NCBI GenBank assembly: GCA_009693745.1
Contig: SHWR01000001.1
Span: 476-64,475, forward strand
Direction: 5' to 3'
DNA length: 64,000 nucleotides
Source: Candidatus Fonsibacter sp.
GTDB taxonomy: Bacteria; Pseudomonadota; Alphaproteobacteria; Pelagibacterales; Pelagibacteraceae
Part shown: piece after piece, positions 10,262-19,997 of the stretch
How positions within the stretch are numbered: the first letter of the stretch is position 1
Layout: every line of letters starts with the position of its first letter
The notes under the pieces: model-generated
The model's database searches: none
Told to the model about the DNA's origin: nothing
The model's input: the letters and a program-made list of their open reading frames with translations, nothing else
Made by a program: the position numbers and the translations under genes

Positions 10262-10311
10262 TATATTTCACTTTTGCTAATTTAAAATTTCTAAAAGTTT
10301 ATACAATATCC

Positions 10312-10989
10312 ATGATAAAAAAAATAACTAATATCAGCGATCAGGGAATTATTTGCGATTTTGGCGAAGAGGTAAATAAGGATATTAATAAAAAAGTTAT
10401 TAGTCTTTTTAACTATCTTAAGGAAAAAAGAAATAAAGACGAAATTAAAGGTATTTACAATATTATCCCATCTTACAATAAATTAGTTGTTCATTTTGAT
10501 TTAGAAAAAAATAATTCACATAAACTTAAAGAAATAATTTCATCTATTGATCTTAAAAAATTAACCTCGTCTCAATCAGGCAACGCTTGGACTATTCCTA
10601 TTTGTTATGATGATGAGTTTTCTCTCGATTTAGAAAATTTATCTAAATCATTAAAATTATCTAAAGATGATATTATCAAAAGTCACCTTGAAACTGAATT
10701 TTATGTCTACATGATAGGTTTTATGCCGGGACATCCTTATATGGGCGATCTTGATAAAAAATTATTTACAAGCAGATTACAATCTCCAAGAGTTCAAGTT
10801 CCCATCGGCTCTATTGCAATTGCTGAAAAATTTTGCATCGTCTATCCTTATTTGAGTCCTGGGGGATGGAATATTATTGGTAGAACTTCTATTAAACTAT
10901 TTGATACAAAAAATTTAACAAATCCATGTTTATTCTCTCCAGGCGACACAATAAAATTTAAAAAAGTTAACAAATCTGAATTAAAATAA
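10312..10989 (+). CDS. pxpB: 5-oxoprolinase subunit B (KipI / allophanate hydrolase subunit 1 family)
   Basis: 225 aa. VYMIGFMPGHPYMG and PRVQVPIGSIAIA are typical of the KipI/PxpB cyclophilin-like domain. TAATG overlap with pxpC. Confidence 0.8.
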   Translation: MIKKITNISDQGIICDFGEEVNKDINKKVISLFNYLKEKRNKDEIKGIYNIIPSYNKLVVHFDLEKNNSHKLKEIISSIDLKKLTSSQSGNAWTIPICYDDEFSLDLENLSKSLKLSKDDIIKSHLETEFYVYMIGFMPGHPYMGDLDKKLFTSRLQSPRVQVPIGSIAIAEKFCIVYPYLSPGGWNIIGRTSIKLFDTKNLTNPCLFSPGDTIKFKKVNKSELK

Positions 10990-11945
10990 TGGAACAAAGT
11001 TATTTTGAAGTTTTGAGAGCTGGAATTAATTCAACCTTTCAAGATAAAGGAAGATTTGGTGTTCAATATATGGGGCTAGCTCCTGGTGGTGCTATGGATT
11101 ACCAATCTTTTTTGCTTTCTAACATTTTACTAAATAATGATAAAAATACTGGAGCAATAGAATTTGCTTATCAAGGTCCACTGCTAAAATTAGTTAAAGG
11201 TAAAACTAAAATTGCAATTACAGGTAATGTTTTTTTTAAAATACATTCTCAAAAAGGTGAAATTGTAGGTGACCCATACCGCACATACGATCTAAATGAA
11301 GGTGATCAATTGGATATTCTTGCAACAAAAGCCTCTGTTTATGGTTATTTGAGTATTGAGTGTGGTTTTAAATTAGATAAATTTTGCGGGTCTGTTTCAT
11401 CTCAACCTCGAGCATTTATTGGTCCTAATGATGGGAAAAAGATTGAATTAAAAGATAAAATCTTAATACTTAAAAACTCTACAACTAAAGAAAATAAAAT
11501 AATAAGAAACATTAAATTTGAAAACAAAAAGATCTTTAGTGTGCTTCCAGGTCCTCAATTTCATTATTTTAGCACGAATTCAAAAAAGCAATTCTTTTCA
11601 ACTCCTTATTTAATTACAAAGCAAACTGACAGGATGGGAATGAGAGTTCTTGGTAAAAGTCTTAAAAACTTAGTAAACTCAAATATACCATCTGAAGGTA
11701 TTATCAAAGGAGCTATTCAGGTTCCTGGCGATGGAAATCCAATTATACTTTTATCGGATCACCCAACAACAGGTGGATATCCAAAAGTAGGTTCTATTAT
11801 TTCATCCGATTATGATGATTTAATTCAACAAAATGCAAATAGAGAAATTTATTTTCAACTTGTAACATTGGAAGCTGCCGAACAGCAATTTACACTCTAT
11901 ATAGAAAAGATAAAAAGAAGAATTGCTAATATTGAGAAAATATAG
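10989..11945 (+). CDS. pxpC: 5-oxoprolinase subunit C (KipA / allophanate hydrolase subunit 2 family)
   Basis: 318 aa. Contains TFQDKGRFGVQYMGLAPGGAMD, SDRMGMRV-like TDRMGMRVLG, and HPTTGGYPKVG. Confidence 0.8.
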   Translation: MEQSYFEVLRAGINSTFQDKGRFGVQYMGLAPGGAMDYQSFLLSNILLNNDKNTGAIEFAYQGPLLKLVKGKTKIAITGNVFFKIHSQKGEIVGDPYRTYDLNEGDQLDILATKASVYGYLSIECGFKLDKFCGSVSSQPRAFIGPNDGKKIELKDKILILKNSTTKENKIIRNIKFENKKIFSVLPGPQFHYFSTNSKKQFFSTPYLITKQTDRMGMRVLGKSLKNLVNSNIPSEGIIKGAIQVPGDGNPIILLSDHPTTGGYPKVGSIISSDYDDLIQQNANREIYFQLVTLEAAEQQFTLYIEKIKRRIANIEKI

Positions 11946-11954
11946 CTAAAATAG

Positions 11955-14618
11955 TTAAGCCATATTTCTTAGAACGTACTGAAGAATCCCACCATGCTTG
12001 TAGTATTCAGTTTCATTATCAGTATCGATTCTAGAAAGAACATTTATTTTCTTGGAACTTCCGTCTTCGTATAAGAATTCAACAGTTACTTCTTCTCTAG
12101 GTTTTAAACCCTTTTCAACGTTTAAAATGTTTATAATTTCAGTTCCTTTTAGATTTAAATTTTTTCTCGAATATCCCTCTTTAAATTGAAGAGGTAAAAT
12201 TCCCATGCCAACTAAATTAGATCTATGAATTCTCTCAAAGCTTTCTGCAATTACAGCTTTAATTCCTAAAAGTTTTGTACCCTTTGCAGCCCAATCACGC
12301 GAGGATCCTGTTCCATATTCTTTTCCTGCCACAACAATTAAAGGAACTCCTCTTTTTTGATATTCTACTGAAGCATCAAATACTGTCATTTCTTTATTTT
12401 CTGGATACAGAATTGTAAAACCACCCTCTTTACCAGCAACTATTTCATTTTTAATTCTAATATTTCCAAATGTTCCTCTAGTCATTACTTCATGATTTCC
12501 TCTTCTTGCTCCGTATGAGTTAAAATCTTTTTGTAAAATTTGATGTTTCATAAAATAATCACCTGTTGGACCACTTTTTTGAATAGATCCTGCTGGCGAA
12601 ATATGATCGGTGGTAATTGAGTCTCCTAAAATAAGTAACTGTCTTGCATTTTTAATTGCAAAGAATCCCTCTGGTTTGTCAGGGAGGTTGTCAAAGAAAG
12701 GGGGTTTTTTTACATAAGTTGAGCCTTCGTCCCAATTATAAATTGAACTTTGTGTAGTTTGAATCTTTTGCCATTCTTTTGGACCGGTACTTACATTTAA
12801 ATATCTTTTAACAAACATATCTGTGTTAAGAGATTTTGATAAAGTTTCTTCAATTTCTTTATTAGATGGCCAAATATCTTTCAAAAATACATCTTTGCCA
12901 TTTTTATCTTTTCCTAGCGGATCTTTATATAAATCAAAATTCGCAGTTCCTGCTATTGCATAAGCAACTACTAACGGAGGTGAAGCTAAGTAGTTTGCCT
13001 TAACTGAGGGGTTAATTCTTCCTTCAAAATTCCTATTACCTGATAAAACTGCTGAAACATAAAGATCATTATCTTTAACTGCTTTAACAATTTTTTCAGC
13101 AAGAGGGCCTGAGTTACCAATACAAGTCGTGCATCCATAACCAACAAGATTAAATCCAAGTTTATCTAAATATTTACTTAATTCAGCTTTATTAAGATAA
13201 TCAGTAACAACTTGTGATCCTGGCGCTAAAGATGTTTTGACCCAAGGTTTGGTTGTTAATCCTTTTTCTACGGCCTTCTTAGCTAATAATCCTGCAGCTA
13301 TTAATACATTTGGATTGGAAGTATTTGTGCAAGAAGTAATTGCAGCAATAACTACATCGCCGTCTGTTAAATTATAATTTGCATCTTCAATTTTTATAGA
13401 TTTAGGTTTATCCCTCTTGGCAAATTCTTTAAAAGTAACTTCAAAATTCTTCTTAGCTTCTGTTAATAATATTTTATCTTGAGGTCTTTTTGGTCCTGAA
13501 ATTGTTGGCACAACAGTTGATAAATCTAATGAAAGAGTATCTGTAAATACAATATCGTCACTTGCCCATAGTCCCTGTTCTTTGGCATAAGATTCTACTA
13601 ACTCTACTGTTTCTTTATCTCTGCCTGAAAATTTTAAATATTTAATTGTTTCTTCGTCAATTGGGAAAAAACCACATGTTGCGCCATATTCTGGAGCCAT
13701 ATTACCAATAGTAGCTCTATCTGCTAAAGTTAAATTTTTAAGACCAGGACCATAAAACTCAACAAATTTTTCTACAACTTTTTTATCTCTTAAAATTTTT
13801 ACAACGGTAAGGACCAGATCAGTAGCTGTTGTTCCCTCAGGAAGTTTATTAGTGAATTTAAATCCGATTACTTCTGGAATTAACATAGAAATGGGCTGTC
13901 CTAACATCCCAGCTTCAGCTTCAATCCCACCAACTCCCCAACCTAAAACTGACAAACCGTTTACCATTGTTGTATGACTGTCTGTTCCAACTAAGGTATC
14001 TGGAAAAGCAAAAGTTTCATTATTTTCTTTAGAAGTCCAAACAACTTTTGATAAATATTCTAAATTTACTTGATGACAAATTCCAGTTCCTGGAGGAATA
14101 ATTCTTAAATTATTAAAAGCTTGTTGTCCCCATTTTAAAAAAGAATATCTCTCACCATTTCTTTGAAATTCTATTTCCACATTTTTATCAAAAGACTCTT
14201 TAGTTCCAGCAACATCTATCTGAACAGAGTGATCAATAACTAGATCTACTTGAGAAAGTGGATTAATTTTTTTCGGGTCTTTGCCTTTTTCTTTTACCGC
14301 TTCTCTCATTGCTGATAAATCTGCAATAGCTGGAATACCTGTGTAGTCTTGCAAAAGAACTCTGGCTGGTCGATATGCTATCTCTTTTTCAGATTTTTTT
14401 GTCTTTAGCCAGTCCTTAATAGCAGTAATTTGATCTTTTTTAACTGTATGATTGTCCTCATGTCTTAATAAATTTTCTAATAAAACTTTTAACGATTTTG
14501 GAAGTTTGGATATACCTTCTAATCCATTTTTTTCAGCCTCAGGCAGAGAATAAATGTTGTAAGAATTCTTTCCTACTGTCATTTTTTTAAGTGATTTAAA
14601 ACTATTTATACTTTTCAT
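11955..14618 (-). CDS. acnA: Aconitate hydratase (AcnA/AcnD family)
   Basis: 887 aa. Fe-S ligand regions ITSCTNTSNP and GCTTCIGNSG, plus SGNRNFEGR and the swivel-domain GSSRDWAAKG. Adjacent to a PrpF-family gene, so AcnD-type 2-methylcitrate dehydratase activity cannot be excluded. Confidence 0.9.
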   Translation of the reverse strand: MKSINSFKSLKKMTVGKNSYNIYSLPEAEKNGLEGISKLPKSLKVLLENLLRHEDNHTVKKDQITAIKDWLKTKKSEKEIAYRPARVLLQDYTGIPAIADLSAMREAVKEKGKDPKKINPLSQVDLVIDHSVQIDVAGTKESFDKNVEIEFQRNGERYSFLKWGQQAFNNLRIIPPGTGICHQVNLEYLSKVVWTSKENNETFAFPDTLVGTDSHTTMVNGLSVLGWGVGGIEAEAGMLGQPISMLIPEVIGFKFTNKLPEGTTATDLVLTVVKILRDKKVVEKFVEFYGPGLKNLTLADRATIGNMAPEYGATCGFFPIDEETIKYLKFSGRDKETVELVESYAKEQGLWASDDIVFTDTLSLDLSTVVPTISGPKRPQDKILLTEAKKNFEVTFKEFAKRDKPKSIKIEDANYNLTDGDVVIAAITSCTNTSNPNVLIAAGLLAKKAVEKGLTTKPWVKTSLAPGSQVVTDYLNKAELSKYLDKLGFNLVGYGCTTCIGNSGPLAEKIVKAVKDNDLYVSAVLSGNRNFEGRINPSVKANYLASPPLVVAYAIAGTANFDLYKDPLGKDKNGKDVFLKDIWPSNKEIEETLSKSLNTDMFVKRYLNVSTGPKEWQKIQTTQSSIYNWDEGSTYVKKPPFFDNLPDKPEGFFAIKNARQLLILGDSITTDHISPAGSIQKSGPTGDYFMKHQILQKDFNSYGARRGNHEVMTRGTFGNIRIKNEIVAGKEGGFTILYPENKEMTVFDASVEYQKRGVPLIVVAGKEYGTGSSRDWAAKGTKLLGIKAVIAESFERIHRSNLVGMGILPLQFKEGYSRKNLNLKGTEIINILNVEKGLKPREEVTVEFLYEDGSSKKINVLSRIDTDNETEYYKHGGILQYVLRNMA

Positions 14619-14667
14619 TGCGAAGATTATTTTTTATTACTAATAAATTAAATTGCAAGATCGAAAT

Positions 14668-15756
14668 TTACTTTTTTAAAATAGATTTTTTTATATATAC
14701 ATCTCCAGACATAATCAATCTTGCATTTCTAGTAGTGAAAGCAATTAAATCTACTATTTCTCTATTTTTATACTGAACGTTGACCTTAATTTTTAATGTA
14801 CCACCTGGATGTTCTATGGCAATTTCACTTTTTGGAGAATAATCATTATAAAATTCAGAACAAATTGTATTTTCTGACTTGCAGGCAGCAGCTAGCGCTA
14901 TTGATCCTGTAACAGCATAAGTTGGGTGACAGTTCCAAGGCATGAAATATCTAGATGCGATATCTCCATTTTTAGCTTTTAATACTAAAGCAATCTTAGG
15001 TATTACTGATTTCTTAACATTCTTAAAACCAGTTTTTTCTCCAACTTTTATTCTAATTTCGTTCATTCGATTAATTAAAGATTTATTTGCGTTCAGAGCT
15101 GAATAACTGTCATTAATTAAAACTCCAAAATCAGAGGCTTTAAAAAAAATTACAGGCATTGCAGCATCTACGAAGCTAAATTTTACACCGTCTAAAATGT
15201 CAATTTTTTTTCCTGTTGGAAATAATTTTCCAGTTTGCGAACCAATTAAATCTATAAAACTCAAATCTATTGGAGAGCTTGAATTTGGAACGCCATCAAT
15301 TTTATGATTTCCTTCATATGTGACTTTTTTATTGGGTGTTCTAACTATTGATTCAATTTTCATCCCAGTGTTAACATCTCTAATAATGACTTTTGTAATT
15401 CTGTTTTTTGCTTTTACTAGTCCTTTTTCTATTGCATAAGGACCAACTGCTACTAACATATTTCCACATGAAGGCTTTGTGTCTACAATAGGTTCATCGA
15501 TTTTTACTTGAGCAAATAAATAATCTACATCAATGCCCTTTTCTTTAGATTTTGAAATAATAGCAACTTTACTTTTAACGGGCTCTGCTCCACCCAAGCC
15601 GTCTATTTGTCTAATATCTGGTGAACCCATTACAGCTAAAAGTAATTTATCTCTTTTATTTATATTAGATGGAAGATCTGATTTTAAAAAATAAGGACCC
15701 CTTGAAGTTCCGCCTCTAAAAAATAAACAAGGAATTTTAATTTGATCGTTTATCAT
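14668..15756 (-). CDS. prpF: PrpF-family isomerase (2-methylaconitate / aconitate isomerase family)
   Basis: N-terminal IKIPCLFFRGGTSRGPYF is the PrpF hallmark. Start set at the ATG at 15756, 1 nt after the tctA stop; the ORF track uses the TTG at 15765. Confidence 0.8.
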   Translation of the reverse strand: MINDQIKIPCLFFRGGTSRGPYFLKSDLPSNINKRDKLLLAVMGSPDIRQIDGLGGAEPVKSKVAIISKSKEKGIDVDYLFAQVKIDEPIVDTKPSCGNMLVAVGPYAIEKGLVKAKNRITKVIIRDVNTGMKIESIVRTPNKKVTYEGNHKIDGVPNSSSPIDLSFIDLIGSQTGKLFPTGKKIDILDGVKFSFVDAAMPVIFFKASDFGVLINDSYSALNANKSLINRMNEIRIKVGEKTGFKNVKKSVIPKIALVLKAKNGDIASRYFMPWNCHPTYAVTGSIALAAACKSENTICSEFYNDYSPKSEIAIEHPGGTLKIKVNVQYKNREIVDLIAFTTRNARLIMSGDVYIKKSILKK

Positions 15757-15757
15757 A

Positions 15758-17719
15758 TTAACCAAAAGGCCAAGGAAGCTTAATTAGTGATTGAAGTAAT
15801 CCGCGCGGTAAAGATAAGCCCATTGAATAAGACAACCCCAATAATACTCCGAGGCATCCTATAGTAATTAAATTGATTTTTAAAGAACTTGCTTTTGTTT
15901 TAGATATAAGAATTGCATAAAATATAATGATCATGGAAATTAAAAAACCAAACAATGCCGATAAAATTATTGGCAAAACTAACCAAAGAAAAGATCGAAA
16001 AAGATCTATACTTTCTTTTTTTGTCTTAAAATCAGTGTCGACTAAATCAGCTAATACTTTTTTTTGAAAGAAAATTATATAACTCATATACGCAAACATA
16101 CATGTTGAGATTGCAAGTGGCCATACTCCTCCAAGATATGTAAGGGAAGCTGAGTCTATTACAATAAATAAAAAATAAAAATATATTAGAGCTACAAAAA
16201 TATATTGAAAATTAAAAATTGAGGTCATTTTTAACTGTTTAATATTCTTTTTAATTTGTAAATCTGGTGATTTTTTATTTCCAAAATAAATGGATATGAG
16301 AATTATAATTCCTAAAATAATAACTCCTGGCTTATGTAAAAAGCCCCAGCCGTTAAATTGTAGTGTTTGATAGAAATATCTTTCAATCGTGTCACTGATG
16401 ACAAAGCCAACTATAAATGCAGGTCTTGGCCATTTGAAATACTTTAATAATGTGCAAAAACCACCCAAAACTATTAATGTATATAAGTCGCTATTTGTGA
16501 AAGTTGTTTGAAAAGCAGCAAAATAGATAATCATAATCATAAATGGAGCCATTAAACCAAAAGGAATTGACGCTAATTTTGAAATTGGTTTGGAAATAAA
16601 AAACATTGCACCAGTTGCAACGATATTTGCGATAGCTAACGACCAAACGCATACATATGTAAGATATAAATCCTTACCAACCATGTTAGGTCCAGGTTGA
16701 ATTCCTAATAATGTTAGTCCTCCAAGAAATACAGCCATACTTCCACTGCCTGGAATTCCAAATAGTAAAGTTGGAATTAACCCTCCGCCTTCATTTGCAT
16801 TATTGGCTGCTTCAGGTCCAATAACTCCCCTAATATCACCTTTACCAAATTTAGATTTATCTTTTGCGGTTTGTACTGCGTGACCATAACTGATCCAATT
16901 AGATGCGCTTCCACCAAGACCTGGTAAGATTCCTATAATTACTCCAATAACAGAGGATCTAAATACCAACCAACGATGTTGCCATACGTCAATAACTCCT
17001 CTTAACCAGCCTTTGCCAATTCCTGATTCTTTTTGAGCAATGGCGGCATTTGATCTTAATAGATCACAAATCTCCGGAATAGCAAAAGCCGCTAATCCCA
17101 TAATTGCAATTTTAATTCCGTCATATAAATAATGACTTCCTAAAGTTGATCTTAATTCTCCTGTAGCTGGAGCCGTTCCCATTGTGCTTAATAATATCCC
17201 TGCTCCACAAGCTAATATTCCTTTAGCTAAACTACTTCCTGATAAAACTCCAACCATGCTTATTCCTAAAATTCCAAGCATAAATAATTCTGCCGAACCA
17301 AAAAAAAGAATTAATGGTTTTGCAATTATTACTATTGCTGTAAGCACTAAAGCGCCAAATATTCCCCCAACTAATGATGCTATATAAGAAGCACTTAAGG
17401 CTCTTGCAGCTTGTCCTTTTTTTGCAAGCGGGAAACCGTCAACAACAGTTGCTTGTGAAGAACTTCCTCCAGGAATGCCCATCAACACTGATGATAATGT
17501 GTCAGCGGTTGGTATTACTGCTGTCATTCCAATTAACATGGCCAAAGCAGATATTTTGTCCATGCCATATATAAATGGAATTAAAATTGAAAAACCCGCT
17601 ATACCTCCCAATGCCGGCAAAACTCCGATGACTATCCCAAAAGCAACTCCAAAAAGAAGGTATAAAAAATGTGATTCAGAAAAGATTAAACTTAAAGATG
17701 ATACTAAAGCATCGATCAT
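15758..17719 (-). CDS. tctA: Tripartite tricarboxylate transporter large permease TctA with a C-terminal TctB-sized 4-TM extension
   Basis: The first ~497 aa are TctA-like (N-terminus MIDALVSSLSLIF...GVLPALGG, GLIPTLLFGIPGSG). An extra in-frame 156 aa (15761-16228) carries about 4 hydrophobic helices. Start set at the ATG at 17719; the ORF track uses the TTG at 17740. Confidence 0.85.
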   Translation of the reverse strand: MIDALVSSLSLIFSESHFLYLLFGVAFGIVIGVLPALGGIAGFSILIPFIYGMDKISALAMLIGMTAVIPTADTLSSVLMGIPGGSSSQATVVDGFPLAKKGQAARALSASYIASLVGGIFGALVLTAIVIIAKPLILFFGSAELFMLGILGISMVGVLSGSSLAKGILACGAGILLSTMGTAPATGELRSTLGSHYLYDGIKIAIMGLAAFAIPEICDLLRSNAAIAQKESGIGKGWLRGVIDVWQHRWLVFRSSVIGVIIGILPGLGGSASNWISYGHAVQTAKDKSKFGKGDIRGVIGPEAANNANEGGGLIPTLLFGIPGSGSMAVFLGGLTLLGIQPGPNMVGKDLYLTYVCVWSLAIANIVATGAMFFISKPISKLASIPFGLMAPFMIMIIYFAAFQTTFTNSDLYTLIVLGGFCTLLKYFKWPRPAFIVGFVISDTIERYFYQTLQFNGWGFLHKPGVIILGIIILISIYFGNKKSPDLQIKKNIKQLKMTSIFNFQYIFVALIYFYFLFIVIDSASLTYLGGVWPLAISTCMFAYMSYIIFFQKKVLADLVDTDFKTKKESIDLFRSFLWLVLPIILSALFGFLISMIIIFYAILISKTKASSLKINLITIGCLGVLLGLSYSMGLSLPRGLLQSLIKLPWPFG

Positions 17720-17774
17720 ATTTTTTATCGGAAGATACAACGACAGTTGTCATCTTTCGATATTTATTCAAGTT

Positions 17775-18854
17775 TTAAAATTTAACTTGATGATTATCTG
17801 ACAAATACTTTCTTAACCATTCTTTAGCTGGTGCATTTACATTGATAGTATTTTTAAGTACTGCCTCTGAATTAATACCAGATACCTGCAGATATTTCCC
17901 AATTTCTTCATTATCTGATGTTTTATGCTCAGGAGAATTTATTATTATAGAGAAAGTATCTCTATAAGCTTTAACTATGTCAGAAGAGGTTCCTTTTGGT
18001 AAAAACACCATTTTTTGAGCAGAAAAACCAGATCCTAAAAACGCCTTATACGCATCAAATATGGGTCCCGATGGTTTTTTTCCATAAACTTTTTCATAAT
18101 ATTCTACAAAATGAGGAAGGTTAGGAAAAGTTGGATCTCTAGAAATTGATCCATCTGGATTCACTATGCCCCAAGAAAACATCGGAATTGCTTTTCCTTC
18201 TTTAACTAAAGTTTCCTCAACTTTTAAATAAGCAGAACTAGTCTGATAATCTAAATTTGCGTCACCTCTTTCAAATGCTAATCGACCATCTCCCCTTCCA
18301 GTCATACCAAAAACATGCTTTACTTTAAGACCTAAAATTTCATAGGCAATCATAGGAATTAAATCTAATGAAGTTGCTCCTTGGCTACCAAATTTTAATT
18401 CAACTGTTTTTAATTTTTGAAAATCGGAAGTACTTTTATAGCCTGTGCTTGGAGAAACATAGGTTACGCCTCCTGTTGGAGAAACAAGCACAACAGTTTT
18501 TAACCAATCATTATAATTATATTTAACTCTAGGGTCTTCTAATAAAAATGGAAATTTTGTAGATCCAGAATCACCTAAAATTGTCAAACCATCACCAGCT
18601 GGCATTGCAGCAAATTGATTAGCACAAGTGATAGATCCTCCACCCGGACAGTTTTCAATAATTACATTTGGTTTTCCTGGTAAATTTTTAGATAATAAAG
18701 GTCCGTAATATCTTGCCCACTTATCTGAACCGCCACCAACAGCAAATGGTATTAACCATCTTACAGTTTTTCCTTGAAAATTAACCTCAGCGGCAAATAA
18801 ATTTGTTGTTAAATAAATAAAAGCTAAAAAAAAAATTCCTAATTTTCTTATCAT
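17775..18854 (-). CDS. tctC: Tripartite tricarboxylate transporter substrate-binding protein (TctC/Bug family)
   Basis: 359 aa. Signal peptide MIRKLGIFFLAFIYLTTNLFAAE. PFAVGGGSDKWARY resembles the Bug-family P...GG..D motif. GGAG upstream of the ATG. Directly upstream of tctA. Confidence 0.8.
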   Translation of the reverse strand: MIRKLGIFFLAFIYLTTNLFAAEVNFQGKTVRWLIPFAVGGGSDKWARYYGPLLSKNLPGKPNVIIENCPGGGSITCANQFAAMPAGDGLTILGDSGSTKFPFLLEDPRVKYNYNDWLKTVVLVSPTGGVTYVSPSTGYKSTSDFQKLKTVELKFGSQGATSLDLIPMIAYEILGLKVKHVFGMTGRGDGRLAFERGDANLDYQTSSAYLKVEETLVKEGKAIPMFSWGIVNPDGSISRDPTFPNLPHFVEYYEKVYGKKPSGPIFDAYKAFLGSGFSAQKMVFLPKGTSSDIVKAYRDTFSIIINSPEHKTSDNEEIGKYLQVSGINSEAVLKNTINVNAPAKEWLRKYLSDNHQVKF

Positions 18855-18937
18855 ACAAACTCCATTTTAAAATTTATAACTCAATTAATATTAATATATT
18901 GTATATTTCAATTATAATTTATTAAATAGTCTCCTAA

Positions 18938-19996
18938 ATGAAAAATTTTGGACAAAGATACAACCATAAGTATATAAGAAATTTTATACAAAAAATTTTT
19001 ATAAAATCTAAACTCTCTAAAATTGACTCATATATTGTTGCATCCTCTCTAGTGTATGCAGATTTAAAAGGTGTATGGTCTCATGGTATAGCAAGAACTT
19101 CTGTTTACTATAAAAGAATTGAGCAAAAACTAGCTAAAGCTAGGCCGAAAATTAAATTTAAAAAAATTTTTCCTAGTGTAGCACATATCGATGGCGATAA
19201 TGGTCTTGGTTTTATAATTGCTAACCAAGCTATTAAAAAATGTATCTCACTTGCAAAAAAAAATGGCGTTGGGGTGGTCGGAGTTCATAATAGTAATCAC
19301 TTTGGAATGGCAGCTTTATATGTTGAAAAAGCAACAAAAAATAACTGCATCTGTTGGGTTTTTACAAATGCTTCAAAGGCAATTCCTCCGCACGGGTCAA
19401 TGACTCCACATTTTGGAACGAGTCCTTTTGCATTTGGATGTCCCACTAATAATCCAAAAAAACCTTTTATTATCGATATGGCATCTTCTTCTGTTGCAAG
19501 AGGAAAATTAAAATTTGCAGCTCAAAGAGGAGAGAAAATTCCATTTGGTCTAGCCTTAGATAAATTCGGAAAACCCACTAATGATGGGTTCAAAGCTTTT
19601 GAAGGAATTATGCTCCCGTTTGGAGGTATGAAAGGAGCTGCAATATCATGGATGATGGATATTGTTGCTGGTATCTTCACAGGTGCGGCGCATAGTGGCA
19701 AAGTAAAAAATCCCATTAAAGATTTCAGCGGCTCTTCTAATGTAGGTCATCTAATGATTTGTATTAGAACTGATGTCTTTCAAAAAGGAAGTTTTTTTAA
19801 AAAAAAAATGAAAACTGGAATACTAAAGGTAAAAAAACTAAAATTAGCGAAAGGATTTAAAGAAATCTTATATCCAGGTGAACCTGAGTACACAAATTAT
19901 GTCAAAAATCTAAAACAAGGAATTCAAATTAGCGAAGATGTAAGAGTAGATCTTGAAAGATTGGCAAAAAAATTAAAAATTAAATCTATTTTTTGA
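18938..19996 (+). CDS. Ldh_2 family (malate/L-lactate/ureidoglycolate dehydrogenase type 2) oxidoreductase
   Basis: 352 aa. GVWSHGIARTSVY, NSNHFGMAALY, and GTSPFAFGCP...IIDMASSSVARGK are typical Ldh_2 motifs. Confidence 0.8.
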   Translation: MKNFGQRYNHKYIRNFIQKIFIKSKLSKIDSYIVASSLVYADLKGVWSHGIARTSVYYKRIEQKLAKARPKIKFKKIFPSVAHIDGDNGLGFIIANQAIKKCISLAKKNGVGVVGVHNSNHFGMAALYVEKATKNNCICWVFTNASKAIPPHGSMTPHFGTSPFAFGCPTNNPKKPFIIDMASSSVARGKLKFAAQRGEKIPFGLALDKFGKPTNDGFKAFEGIMLPFGGMKGAAISWMMDIVAGIFTGAAHSGKVKNPIKDFSGSSNVGHLMICIRTDVFQKGSFFKKKMKTGILKVKKLKLAKGFKEILYPGEPEYTNYVKNLKQGIQISEDVRVDLERLAKKLKIKSIF

Positions 19997-19997
19997 C

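Noticed and set aside
17184-17801. Three plus-strand ORFs (17184-17387, 17374-17574, 17475-17801) antisense to tctA.
   Set aside because: These are shadow frames of a hydrophobic membrane-protein gene, with no recognisable motifs. The tctA frame has a clear family signature.
19792-19808. A T7A10 homopolymer pair inside the Ldh_2 gene (codons FFKKKM), checked as a possible frameshift or pseudogene site.
   Set aside because: The reading frame is intact across it, and the protein continues with family-typical length and C-terminus.
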